Assembly (NCBI GenBank): GCA_042852035.1 | Contig: BAAFHK010000003.1 | Coordinates: 210,001 to 242,000, forward strand | Reading direction: 5' to 3' | DNA length: 32,000 nucleotides | Source of the DNA: Candidatus Saccharimonadota bacterium | GTDB lineage: Bacteria; Patescibacteriota; Gracilibacteria; BD1-5; UBA2023 | Part shown: piece after piece, positions 11,084-20,743 of the stretch | How positions within the stretch are numbered: position 1 is the stretch's first letter | Layout: each line of letters begins with the position of its first letter | Translations under genes and position numbers: made by a program | The notes under the pieces: generated by a model | Told to the model about the DNA's origin: nothing | The model's input: the letters and a program-made list of their open reading frames with translations, nothing else | The model's database searches: none

Positions 11084-11134
11084 TTAGAGAGGGAAAAACA
11101 ATATAAAAATCTGGCTTTTGCCAAAAGTAGGCGG

Positions 11135-11162
11135 ATTATATAAAAATGAAAACACTTGTCAA
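11135..11162 (-). promoter_or_regulatory. Sigma-70-like promoter for the rpsT-infC-rpmI-rplT operon
   Basis: Minus strand reads TTGACA (11162-11157), 16-nt spacer, TATAAT (11140-11135), about 50 nt upstream of the rpsT ATG. Confidence 0.45.
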
Positions 11163-11432
11163 AGGAATTTCAGAGATAAGTGATATCATCTTTTCTTAAA
11201 TGCATCGATAAGGCAAAATTTCGTTGAAATAATGTATACAGAAGCTCTCAATTTTCACAAGTACTTTTCGGTGCTCTTTAAATTTGTTCAATATTTCAGG
11301 TTCCTATAGTCGCGAGATGGAACACCCCTTTCTTATGTGACAATTATTGGATGTGACGTCGAGTGATATGGAGTACTATTCTCCAAAAAAATAGATTCTA
11401 CGAAAGATTAAATAATAAGGTATATTATTTAT

Positions 11433-11458
11433 AAAAAACACCCGAATGGGTGTTTTTT
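11433..11458. terminator. Intrinsic terminator (bidirectional shape)
   Basis: AAAAACACCC-GAAT-GGGTGTTTTT perfect 10-bp stem, overlapping the stop of the 3D-domain gene. Confidence 0.6.
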
Positions 11459-12623
11459 ATGCATTCTCCACGAGAGTGATGAGAAGTGCCTCTTTCGTTT
11501 TATTGTCTATTTGACCGGTAGCAGGGATCTTGTTTTTTCTTTGGAAATTGCGGAGCGCAAGTACGGTAGATGTCCCCATCGTTCCATTAACCTTTCCTTT
11601 AAGCATTCATGCATTTTTTAATGCTTTCTGAAGAGTGAGAACATGATTTCCGCTTTCTCATTTTTGAGGAGCACCTATTGATTCTACCATTTGGTTTGCA
11701 ACAATATAGGAATTTTCCCATGCTGTTTTCTCTGAGAGAAGAGCCGCTTTTTCGGCTTCTATTTTTTGAATTTCTGCATTGCGAAGGATGACATATTTCG
11801 CATGCTCGTTTTCGAGCGTCGTCCGAGTTTTTGGTCCGTAATTTCCTGCGCCATCATCATTTTTTGACGTTATTATTCCATGATCTAATTGAAATTCTAT
11901 AATCATCTCTTTTTCAGTTTGCCCATCTTCTTTTGGATACCCAAGATCATCAAACATTGCAAGAATAGATGAAGGGAGTCAAGATCCAAGAGTACTATTA
12001 GATACTTTTGGGAATTGTGAGAGATCAATCTTTCCAGTATCAATATCTGTAAACTTTAGTACCGGAAGGCTTGTATCCGTTGTAATAGTTCATTTTACCT
12101 TTCGTTTTCACCATATCATTGCTCGACGAAGTCATGCCTCGCCACTCCCCATCCATATATCGATACGATCATATGATTGTCCTTTTTCTCCTGCAGTAAC
12201 TATTGCCCCTCATCGATCCTCAACAATTCCAACTCAAAGGCCAGAAAAGTTAATACGTGTTCCGAAGCTATAGGTTTTTGGGGCAGCTACCATACCAACA
12301 AAAACGGGGCGACCGCTCGCTCCGTGTGTTCCATTTCCATTCAGGAGTACTTCAGCTTCGTAATTTCATTTTAGATAGAAGCTCTGGCCTGGGAGAGGAG
12401 AATAGTAGGCAGTAACCACATACTCTCTTTCAGTTTCTGTTGCAGCATAACCGCCTTGAGAAGAAAACGAGAAGAATGTGATGAATGCAGCAAATATATA
12501 ACTATAACGACGAACCTTTTTAAGAAACTGTTTAGTAGTGTTTTGCGCTACAAATATGAGCGCGATATCTTGCCTTATATGGGCTTGAAGGATACTAGCA
12601 GAATTCAGGGAAGATGTGTACAT
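11457..12623 (-). CDS. Secreted 3D-domain (MltA-like fold) protein with two peptidoglycan-binding repeats
   Basis: Joins track ORFs 11658..11957 and 12366..12623 through TGA. VTAYYSPLPGQ, NGNGTHGASG, FGTRINF, EDR-G(TGA)-GAI, RIDIWMG (3D domain). C-terminal PG_binding-like LTLQKALKNAGMLKGKVNGTMGTSTVLALRNFQ. Start uncertain. Confidence 0.75.
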
Positions 12624-12893
12624 GTAGAGATATTAGGAATAAACTTTCGTCTACATACCTAGAAGTATTCATCGTATATTCACAAGTTGACCCAAAAATC
12701 ATAGCACAATTTTTTTTCCTGTGGCAAGAATATTCTATTGACTTCTATTTGATGTTGTTATCAAATAAGAATTTAAAGTATTTTTGCTAAGAAGATATGA
12801 TTATTGGTTCTTTTCCTGAAGCCATTTCTCTAAATTTTTTCAAGGAAAGAGAGACAAATCGTATAAAAAAAATCAAAAAAATCAAAAAATTTT

Positions 12894-12921
12894 TTGCAAT
12901 ACCCCCTTTTTTCTCTATACT
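12894..12921 (+). promoter_or_regulatory. Candidate promoter upstream of tRNA-His
   Basis: TTGCAA (12894-12899), 16 nt, TATACT (12916-12921), immediately followed by GCCCGAGC, the same 8-mer that follows the -10 box upstream of tRNA-Cys. Confidence 0.35.
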
Positions 12922-12983
12922 GCCCGAGCTCGCATACATGCGAGACAGTTTTTTGTGTAAATCAAGTATACAAAAAACATTAT

Positions 12984-13061
12984 GGCGGCCATAGTTTAGT
13001 TGGTTAGAACGCCGGACTGTGAATCCGGAGGTCGTGGGTTCGAGCCCCATTGGCCGCCCCA
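12984..13061 (+). tRNA. tRNA-His (anticodon GTG) with G-1 and encoded CCA
   Basis: Cloverleaf folded by hand: acceptor GCGGCCA/TGGCCGC, anticodon arm CCGGA-CTGTGAA-TCCGG, T-loop GGTTCGAGCC, extra 5' G opposite C73. Confidence 0.9.
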
Positions 13062-13158
13062 TAATTCATTAAAAATTAATAAATTTATAATACGAAAAAA
13101 ATTCGTATTTCCTCTAAGTTTTAATTTTTAACGCTTATTTCTTAACACTTTCTTATAT

Positions 13159-14283
13159 ATGGTAGATTTTGCAAAAGATCTTGCAGCCTCTGAACCGATT
13201 AAGTCGTTTTCAGTAGGTGAAATTGTTGCTGGTACTGCTATCGTTGCGAATCAAAAAATGATTCTCGTTGATCTTGATGGTCAGTTTACTGGTATTATTA
13301 CCGGTGCTCACATGCATTCTTCAACAGAAGATTCAACTTCTATTGAGCCAGGGGCTCGTATTGAGTCTATTGTTATTGGTGAAGACGCTCACTCAGGTCT
13401 TATTCATCTTTCACTTCGTAAAGCAAGCCAGGCGAAGCTTATTGAAAAACTTCACTCAAATTTTGATACCAAAGAGATTATTACGGTTGTTCCAAATGAA
13501 GCAAACAAGTGAGGTCTTCTTATCGATCTCGATGGAATCAAGGGTTTTATCCCAGTATCACAATTGACTCCTGAACACTATCCACGTGTTGAAGGAGCAA
13601 ATGCTGAACGTATTCTTGAACAACTCAACAAGCTTGTTGGAAAACCATTCCAAGTTCGTGTTATCAACGTTGATCAAGGAGGAAAGAAGATTATCTTCTC
13701 TGAAAAGGCAGCTATTGAAGAACAAAGAGCCGCAGCTCTCCAATCTATTAAGGTTGGTGATGTTGTAGAAGGACATGTTTCAGGTATTCTTACTTACGGT
13801 CTCTTCGTTACATTCCAAGGTATTGAAGGTCTTGTTCATGTATCAGAAATTGATTGGGGACATGTGAATAATCCTCACAAACATGCAAAGATTGGTGATA
13901 AGGTAACTATCCAAATCATTGGTATTGAGGGAGAAAAGATTTCTCTTTCAATTAAGCGTCTTAAGGCTAATCCATGGCAGGTTCTCGCAGATAAGTACCA
14001 AGTTGGTGATATCGTGGAGGCTCCAGTACTCCGCCTTTCTCAGTTTGGAATCTTCCTCGAGCTTGATGGGGCAATCTCAGGTCTCATCCACCTCTCAGAA
14101 ATCCCAGCGGATATGGTGAAGACCCTTGAAGAAAAAGTACACTCAGGAGAGATGATGAAGGCTCGAATTATTACCTTCGATCCAATCGCAAAGCGTATTG
14201 GTCTCTCTCTCAAGGCACTTGATCCAAACTATGTTCCTCCAGCTGAGGTTCCAGATGTTCCAGCTGAAGCTCTAGAAGCGTAA
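13159..14283 (+). CDS. rpsA: 30S ribosomal protein S1-like, four S1 domains (374 aa)
   Basis: Track ORFs 13159..13512 and 13564..14283 are in frame, joined by TGA 13510-13512 in ANK-G-GLLIDLDGIKGFIPVSQL. Later S1 domains show GDVVEG-type motifs and GLVHVSEI / GLIHLSEI. Confidence 0.85.
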
Positions 14284-14293
14284 TCCGTTTTAA

Positions 14294-14330
14294 AAAATCC
14301 CCTCGAATATTCGAGGGGATTTTGATTTTT
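14294..14330 (+). terminator. Intrinsic terminator after rpsA
   Basis: ATCCCCTCGA-ATAT-TCGAGGGGAT perfect 10-bp stem followed by TTTTGATTTTT. Confidence 0.65.
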
Positions 14331-14356
14331 CGGGTTTAATCATATAAAATTGCTTT

Positions 14357-14740
14357 ATGCCTAAGAATCAAGCTCCTAACACTCCACTAGATCAAGATCA
14401 ACTCCATAGCTCTGAATATCTTGAGATAAATGGTAAAAGAGTTGAGATACACTATGTTCCAAAAGAACAATTAGCGCCCTTATTTTGATGTTGTTATGGC
14501 GACTGATATATAGAAGTACGAAATGATCTCCCAGAAAGAGTAAGAAAATTTGTGCGAGCACATGAGCTCTATCATCACTCAGATAGTGCAAATTGGTGAT
14601 GATGGATTTGAAGAGAAATACGTGCAAACTTATTTCCTTGACTAAAGGATCCACTAGGTCTTGTTTCAACAATTATTCTTACATTAGTAACAAAGGAAAG
14701 AATCGCTTTTTATCTTGAAAGAGTGAGGAAAAGGTATTAG
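14357..14740 (+). CDS. Small HExxH-motif protein (127 aa), putative metallopeptidase-like
   Basis: ATG 14357 to TAG 14738-14740 with six in-frame TGA. Contains RAHELYHH and a hydrophobic C-terminal segment. Confidence 0.5.
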
Positions 14741-14805
14741 ATTCCCCCAATTCCTAAAAATACTATATACTTGCATAAATAAAAATATTATTGTATATTA
14801 ATTTT

Positions 14806-15399
14806 ATGCAACGTTTTTTTATTGTACTCTTTTCATTCCTAGTTTTGAGCTTCCCGCCTTCTCTATTTGCTTATAAAATTACCGAGCAAATAGGCGATAA
14901 TGAATTTTGTAAAATCATAAAAGTAGATGATGGAGATACTTTTAGCCTTGATTGTAGTGGTCGACAATATCCAAATGTACGACTTTTATGAGTCAATGCT
15001 CCTGATAAAAACCAAAAAGATGGAAAAAAGTCCTGCTTTTATTCTGAAGCAAAAAGGTATCTCGAAAATCGAAAGGATCGACTCTATAAGGTTGAGTTTT
15101 ATGGGAGCGATCTTTGCAAAGATCCGTATAAATGATGCCGAAATCTCGTGCGACTTATTGATCTTGAGGGGGATTTTGACTTGTGAGAACGTATGATAGA
15201 GAAAGGTTTTGCATTTAGCTGGACGAATTTCTCCGTGGTTCCTCAATCTATTCGTGCTGTATATAGTCAGAGAGAGGTATTTGCATTTGAGAAATGACTC
15301 TGACTCTGGGGAAAATGTGAAGTCGAGTTTTACGACGATTCTCGTATGAACTCGAGCTATCCAGATAAGATGACATCATCGAGTAAGCGGTACGAATAA
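14806..15399 (+). CDS. Secreted thermonuclease (staphylococcal nuclease homologue)
   Basis: Signal peptide MQRFFIVLFSFLVLSF; VDDGDTFSL, VRLL-G(TGA)-VNAPD, LVRLIDLEGD, IEKGFAF, EK-G-L-G-LWG. ORF is open from 14791; ATG 14806 preferred. Confidence 0.8.
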
Positions 15400-15420
15400 C
15401 ACGGAGTTTTCTATATATTT

Positions 15421-16203
15421 TTAATTATCCTCAGATGGATGAGGTGTCTTCTCTTTGGTTCATTCTCAATAGAATGACTGATATGCTACGAAAAGAATAA
15501 ATGTACAAAGCGTAAAATATCACCCAATAATATCAATCATAAAATTCGATATCATATCGATTATAAAATTTCCCGTAAAGGAAAGGGTATCGAAATCTAC
15601 AATGTAGAGTCAAAGTACAAGGTAATATACGAAACTTATAGCGAATCAGAGAATCAATGGAGTGAGAAAAAGCCCTAAGAGGATACTGAATGTTTTCCAC
15701 CAACGCCCCATAATCAAGGATTTACTATGATTGCGTGCTTTTTCACCATCGACTCAAAAAAATAAGATGATATACGTGATAAAACTCCAGTATGTTCCAT
15801 AAATAACCCCTGGTACAATAAGAAGGAGTGTAAGGAGTCCAATCATAATACCCGTTATAAAGTTTGCCAGAACTACTTTTCACCATGATTTGATGGCAAT
15901 CTCAAGGGACTGTTTGATAGAAATAGTTTGTTTCTCAATTTTTCTGGTGATAAGCACTACGATTGCGAGAGTTGCAATAATTCCGATAAATTGTTCTAAA
16001 TATCCAAGAATTCTAATATATTCCTTGAGAGATATTTCTGGGGAATTATTAAGAAAGAAGAGAAGTGTATCTACTGGAATATATACAATAGCGAGAATGG
16101 TGATAATCTCACGAAAATTCTGAGTAAATAGATCCCAAGAAATGCCAATAATTCCTCAGAACGTGAGGGTATCATCTTGAAATTTAATTTGAGGGAGATT
16201 CAT
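15421..16203 (-). CDS. Multi-pass membrane protein (260 aa)
   Basis: I checked every codon: no TAA/TAG between 15424 and 16203, several TGA. ATG 16201-16203. Strongly hydrophobic. Confidence 0.6.
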
Positions 16204-16289
16204 AGTAAAGAGCTTATAAATTGAATATATCATAAATCCATTCTTTATCAAATTTGAGAGCCATCAGTGAGAAAAGTTTGAAATAAAAT

Positions 16290-16317
16290 TTGCATTTTCC
16301 TCGGGTGTTGCTATAAT
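16290..16317 (+). promoter_or_regulatory. Candidate promoter for tRNA-Arg/tRNA-Leu
   Basis: TTGCAT (16290-16295), 16 nt, TATAAT (16312-16317), 30 nt upstream of tRNA-Arg. Confidence 0.45.
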
Positions 16318-16347
16318 CCGCGAGCGTTCCTTTTGTAGGGAATCCTT

Positions 16348-16423
16348 GCACCCATAGCTCAATTGGAAGAGTAGCGGTCTTCGAAACCGTTGGTTGTAGG
16401 TTCGAACCCTACTGGGTGCACCA
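16348..16423 (+). tRNA. tRNA-Arg (anticodon TCG), CCA encoded
   Basis: Acceptor GCACCCA/TGGGTGC, anticodon arm GCGGT-CTTCGAA-ACCGT, T arm GTAGG-TTCGAAC-CCTAC. Confidence 0.85.
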
Positions 16424-16449
16424 TAAAATCCTCATGGTTTCAGGTAAAT

Positions 16450-16533
16450 GCCCAGGTGGTGGAATGGTAGACACGTACGTTTGAGGTGCGTATGCCTTCG
16501 GGTGTGTGGGTTCAAGTCCCATCTTGGGCACCA
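16450..16533 (+). tRNA. tRNA-Leu (anticodon GAG), long variable arm, CCA encoded
   Basis: Acceptor GCCCAGG/CTTGGGC, anticodon arm TACGT-TTGAGGT-GCGTA, variable arm TGCCTTCGGGTGT, T arm GTGGG-TTCAAGT-CCCAT. Confidence 0.9.
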
Positions 16534-16546
16534 TTCAAAAAAATTG

Positions 16547-16578
16547 AATCCCGTTTGAAAAAACGGGATTTTATTTTC
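16547..16578 (+). terminator. Intrinsic terminator after tRNA-Leu
   Basis: AATCCCGTTT-GAAA-AAACGGGATT perfect 10-bp stem followed by TTATTTT. Confidence 0.55.
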
Positions 16579-16581
16579 GGC

Positions 16582-16608
16582 TTGCTTTTTCCTCTTTTTT
16601 ATTATAAT
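16582..16608 (+). promoter_or_regulatory. Candidate promoter for tRNA-Cys
   Basis: TTGCTT (16582-16587), 15 nt, TATAAT (16603-16608), followed by GCCCGAGC. tRNA starts 19 nt downstream. Confidence 0.35.
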
Positions 16609-16626
16609 GCCCGAGCACTCGAGTTT

Positions 16627-16704
16627 GGCACCATGGCAGAGTGGTCAATTGCAAGGGCCTGCAAAGCTCTAAAGTCATCGGTTCAAATCCGATTGGTGCC
16701 TCCA
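16627..16704 (+). tRNA. tRNA-Cys (anticodon GCA), U73 discriminator, CCA encoded
   Basis: Acceptor GGCACCA/TGGTGCC, anticodon arm AGGGC-CTGCAAA-GCTCT, T arm ATCGG-TTCAAAT-CCGAT. My hand fold leaves a 6-nt variable region. Confidence 0.85.
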
Positions 16705-16854
16705 TACCAACATTTTGGTCAATGAAATTTCTATAATTTTCTCCTACCATAGAAACCTATTAGGTAAAGCAAAGTTAAGAAATGGAAAATGACATAAGAA
16801 ATAAGATGAATTGTAAAAACAGAGGAATAAACAAAAAATCTCCAACCTTTTGAT

Positions 16855-16873
16855 AGGGGGGAGATTTTTTTGA
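16855..16873 (+). repeat. Direct repeat copy 1 (attL-like): AGGGGGGAGATTTTTTTGA
   Basis: Identical 19-mer to 26684-26702. Also forms the descending arm of a hairpin with AAAAATCTCC (16834-16843). Confidence 0.7.
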
Positions 16874-16877
16874 GACT

Positions 16878-17624
16878 TTACTTTGCTTTATTTGCTAAAT
16901 CTAATATCCATTTTTTAGTGATTACCATTAAATTCTTTTGTTTATAATTTTTATCAAGATACCAAACTCTCAAAGTTTCAGATGGTAAATTATAAATATC
17001 TAATAGCTCTTGTTTGGTGAGTTTTTGTTTGTTATATGTTGTGTTAGGTTTCTCACAAGCAATTTTTTTTATTTCAGTCAAATCTTTATTGAGATCATCT
17101 ATATAACTCTTATTTGCTTTTAGTTTTTTATATCATAAAGCATAGTTCTTATAATCATTTAAGAGCAGTCAGGTTATTTTATTACATCTTGTATCATAAA
17201 GTATTTGAATGTTATTACTTTGATTATTTTGTATATGATTTCATAGTTTTCTTAATAATCCTTCCCTCTTCTTCATTTTAATAATTCACTCAATGGCAAT
17301 AGTATATGAGTAATTTGAATAAGTTGTTATATTATCAATGGTATCTGCTTTAATCCACATTCAAGCCTCATATAATCCAGCAGCACAAATTAAAGGTGCT
17401 ACTCATACTTTGGTAGCCTCTTTTAATGTCATTGTTGCTAACTCCAAAACTCATTCTTTAACAATTTCAGCATCATCATTACTATATAATGCTTCTGCTA
17501 ATCATAAATAAGGAACACAATCCTTTGCAACATCATTTGTGTATTCTGTTGCAGTTTTTGCATAGAGATTATTTGAAGCAACTAAAATGATAAAAGAAAT
17601 TACTATTAGAAATATTTTTTTCAT
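16878..17624 (-). CDS. Secreted hypothetical protein (248 aa)
   Basis: ATG 17622-17624, signal peptide MKKIFLIVISFIILVASNNLYA. Reads through several TGA into track ORF 16878..17081; length is a multiple of 3. Confidence 0.55.
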
Positions 17625-17649
17625 AATAAAGAGATTAAAAAAATAAGAC

Positions 17650-17952
17650 CTAACTTTTATAAAATTTATAAAGTTGGTAAGGAATAAGAAGAGAGCCTAT
17701 AAGCATAGATAAACATAATTTTAAGAAGTTCCAAAATAACCAGAACCACCAAGTTCCAACAAGACCTATTGTTTGAGGCTTGTGTTGATTAATAAAACTC
17801 CATCAGAGAGGAATTCAAGTAAATCAATAAACAGCAAGAATAGTTTCAGAAGAAGGGTTTCCTTGTTGTAATGAGGACATTAATCAAATTATTCAAAAGA
17901 CTAGTCATAACCATAGAGGTTTGAGTAAGTCCCAATTTCTTTTTTTATTCAT
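17650..17952 (-). CDS. Small membrane protein (100 aa)
   Basis: ATG 17950-17952 to TAG 17650-17652, six in-frame TGA. Trp-rich hydrophobic segments (GLVGTWWFWLFWNF). Confidence 0.45.
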
Positions 17953-18372
17953 AAAATATAAAAAGGTTAATGTTAAATGGATAACATCAACCTTTAAAAG
18001 AAATCAGCACTAAAAAAGGAGGATATATCCTAGTGAGTGCTGATTTCACATTTACATCTTCTAATAGTAGAGGAGGTTGGATATACCCTCCTTGTTTACT
18101 ACTATTAAAAAGACATCAAATTAGAAATTTGAGCAAGAAAAAAAGATGTTTTTGTGAAATCAGCCTGTGTATTCTATTTAAAGTTTCTTGTATTGCAAGA
18201 GCATACAGGGATTAATATATCAAAAATACCAAACAAAATAGAAAAAGAAATATAACTGCAAAATATAAAACTCTTCAAATAAAAGACAATGTAGTATTTC
18301 CAATCTCCACATTGCTTTTATTTTTTATAAGAGTTTTTGAGATAGTTTTGCATATTTCTTAACTTTCTATTT

Positions 18373-18684
18373 ATGCTTACTTCTATTTTTTGAAATACTA
18401 TTACCTTCTCTTTTAATACCCCTGTATCTGAAACAGGATTTTTATCAGAGAACTTTGATCTCACTAAAAAATCTGCTTATGCTACAATTTGAATACAAGA
18501 TTTGTTAAAATTCAAAAATGATATTCAACTACAATTTATCCTTTCTAAAATATTTTCTGCTATTAATGAAACTGCAAAAATTCAAAAATTAGATTATTTC
18601 CAAAATATCAACATAAATTGAAATGATGTATGGTGCATAGATGATGGAAATACTATTTGTCTTATGTTAAAAGAGGAGTATTAA
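18373..18684 (+). CDS. Hypothetical protein (103 aa) upstream of mod
   Basis: First ATG after in-frame TAG 18343-18345; three TGA; TAA 18682-18684. Followed by the hairpin AGAGGAG...CTCCTCT and a T-run. Confidence 0.5.
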
Positions 18685-18750
18685 GCTCCTCTTTTTGCTT
18701 TTTTTCAATTTTTCATATAATCTAGGCAATTTTACTAATAAGTTAAGAAA

Positions 18751-20742
18751 ATGGCTCTAAATCAACAAGAAAAAGAATTTCTATTGCAACTTATTAATGA
18801 ATGAAAAGATATACCAGAAGATTTCAAATATAAACTTTTTCCTACTCTACAAAAGGAGTATGAGTTAAGTTATGCAGGTAAGATGAGAAAAGAAGATCTT
18901 TTTGCTAATGAAGATGGTGTTTTTCCTGTTCCACTTCAAGTAGAAAAAACTTTTAATTGAAATGAATATAAATGATTTGAAGATGGATGGAAAAATATGA
19001 TCGTGTTTTGAGATAATTTACAATTCTTAAAAACAATTTATGAGAATAAAGATGATACCATTAAAGATAAGATTAAAGGAAAAGTGCAATTAATATATAT
19101 TGACCCACCATTTGCAACTACTGATGAATTCCAAAATAAAGAATGAGCTAAGGCTTATAATGATAAAAAAATAGGGTCTGAATTTATTGAATTTCTTAGA
19201 AGAAGACTACTGATTGCAAGAGAAATACTTAGTGATAAGGGGGTAATATATATTCATCTGGATTGGAAAATGTCTCAATATATCAAAATAGTTTTAGATG
19301 AAATATTTTGAAAAAATAATTTTAGAAATGAAATTGCTTGGTGTTATAGTTGACCTTGAAAAAGCAGTAAATCTTTTATAAGAAAACATGATACAATTTT
19401 ATTTTATGCAAAAAATTGGAAAGAAAGCACTTTTAATATACAAAGAATAGAGCATAAATCATGAATTCATAATAGAGGAGCATATCTATGAAAGGAAAAT
19501 GAAGATGCATGAGAACTTGTTGAAAAACTTGAAGAAGAATGAAAGAGATTAGAAGATTGGTGGACTGATATATATACTGCAGACAGAAAAAGAAATGAAC
19601 TAATCTGATACCCTACACAGAAACCAGAAGCACTATTAGAGAGAATAATTATGGCAAGTTCTAATGAGTGAGACATAGTTATGGATTTTTTTGGAGGCTC
19701 ATGAACTACAATGGCTGTTGCAGAGAAATTATGAAGAAAATGGATTAGTTGTGATTTATGAAAACTAGCCTATTTTACAGAACAAAAAAGAATACTTACT
19801 ATTCAAGATAGTAAATCCCTATTAGATGAAAAGAAAAACTATTGAAAAAAAGCAAGGAGTTTTATGACCTGCACTCTATGAATGTATAACTTGAAGGATA
19901 CTCTTGATTTAGAATGGAGTAAGTATAAAGAATTTGTAGGAACACTTTTTGATATAGATATTAAAACTACTACTATTTGATGAGTTGAATTTGATGGGAA
20001 AAAGTGATCTGCTCCTGTAAAAATGTGGGACTATAATAAGCATAAGGATGCAAATGTTGATGAAACATATATTAATACACTTCATCAGTCTATTAAGGCA
20101 AAAACAAGTAGAGTTTATATTGTTGCCCCTGCAAATAATATAGGTTTTATTAGTGATTATTTTGAAATAGATGGAACAAGATACTATTTCTTAAAAATAC
20201 CTTATCAGGTTATAAAAGAACTTCATAAAAAATCATTTCATAAAATTAGACAACCACAAAGTAAGAAGAATGTAAATGATCTTGAAGAAGCAATAGGCTT
20301 TCACTTTATCAAGAAACCAGAAGTAAAATCAAAAATAGTTGTTTCTAATGATGAAATATGTGTAGAAATTTCAGAGTTTAGAAGTCAGTATTATAAAGAT
20401 GAAGAATGAAAAATATTAGAAAATTTTGAAACTCTATCTGCTGTTTTTATAGATGCTAATTTTAATGGAGATCAGTTTATAATGACAGATGTAAAATTTG
20501 CTGATGATTTATTGTCAAAGAAGAAAAAAGGTAAGAAGGTAGATGAAGATGAAGAGATTGATGCAGAATTAGATGAAGATGAAGAAGGGGTAAGTAATGA
20601 AGAGATTAGAGCAGAATTAAAAGAAACAGCAAATAAAGGATTAAAAATAATACTTCCAAGAAAAAAAGTAGGAGATAAAGTAATGCTTATCTATACAGAT
20701 ATTTATGGGAATGATTTTACAGAAATACTAACAGTCAATTAA
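18751..20742 (+). CDS. mod: Type III restriction-modification methyltransferase (Mod), beta-class N6A/N4C MTase
   Basis: Motif IV LIYIDPPF precedes motif I DFFGGS-G(TGA 19702-19704)-TTMAVAEKLGRKWISCDL. I count 23 in-frame TGA. In frame with track ORFs 20023..20409 and 20482..20742. Acidic C-terminal insert. Confidence 0.85.
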
Positions 20743-20743
20743 T

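Noticed and set aside
12867-12895. Short A-rich tandem AAAAAAATC x2 and other poly-A/T tracts as repeats or CRISPR-like arrays
   Set aside because: These are simple low-complexity intergenic sequence. No spaced repeat array exists anywhere in the window.
12787-13062. Track ORF 12787..13062 (-) and track ORF 16486..16725 (+)
   Set aside because: They run across the tRNA-His and the tRNA-Leu/tRNA-Cys genes respectively, and their translations simply mirror tRNA sequence.
16707-16713. 7-bp direct repeat CCAACAT (16707-16713 and 31118-31124) as the att core, with boundaries exactly at the tRNA ends
   Set aside because: It is short enough to match by chance in the two search windows. The 14-19 nt AGGGGGGAGATTTT repeats, with structured flanks and the stop-codon restoration, explain the boundaries better.
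18033-18215. 60-aa GTG-initiated ORF as a confident protein-coding gene
   Set aside because: It has an SD-like AAGGAGGA upstream, but the ORF passes through three strong hairpins and has odd composition. It is reported as part of a structured-region finding instead.
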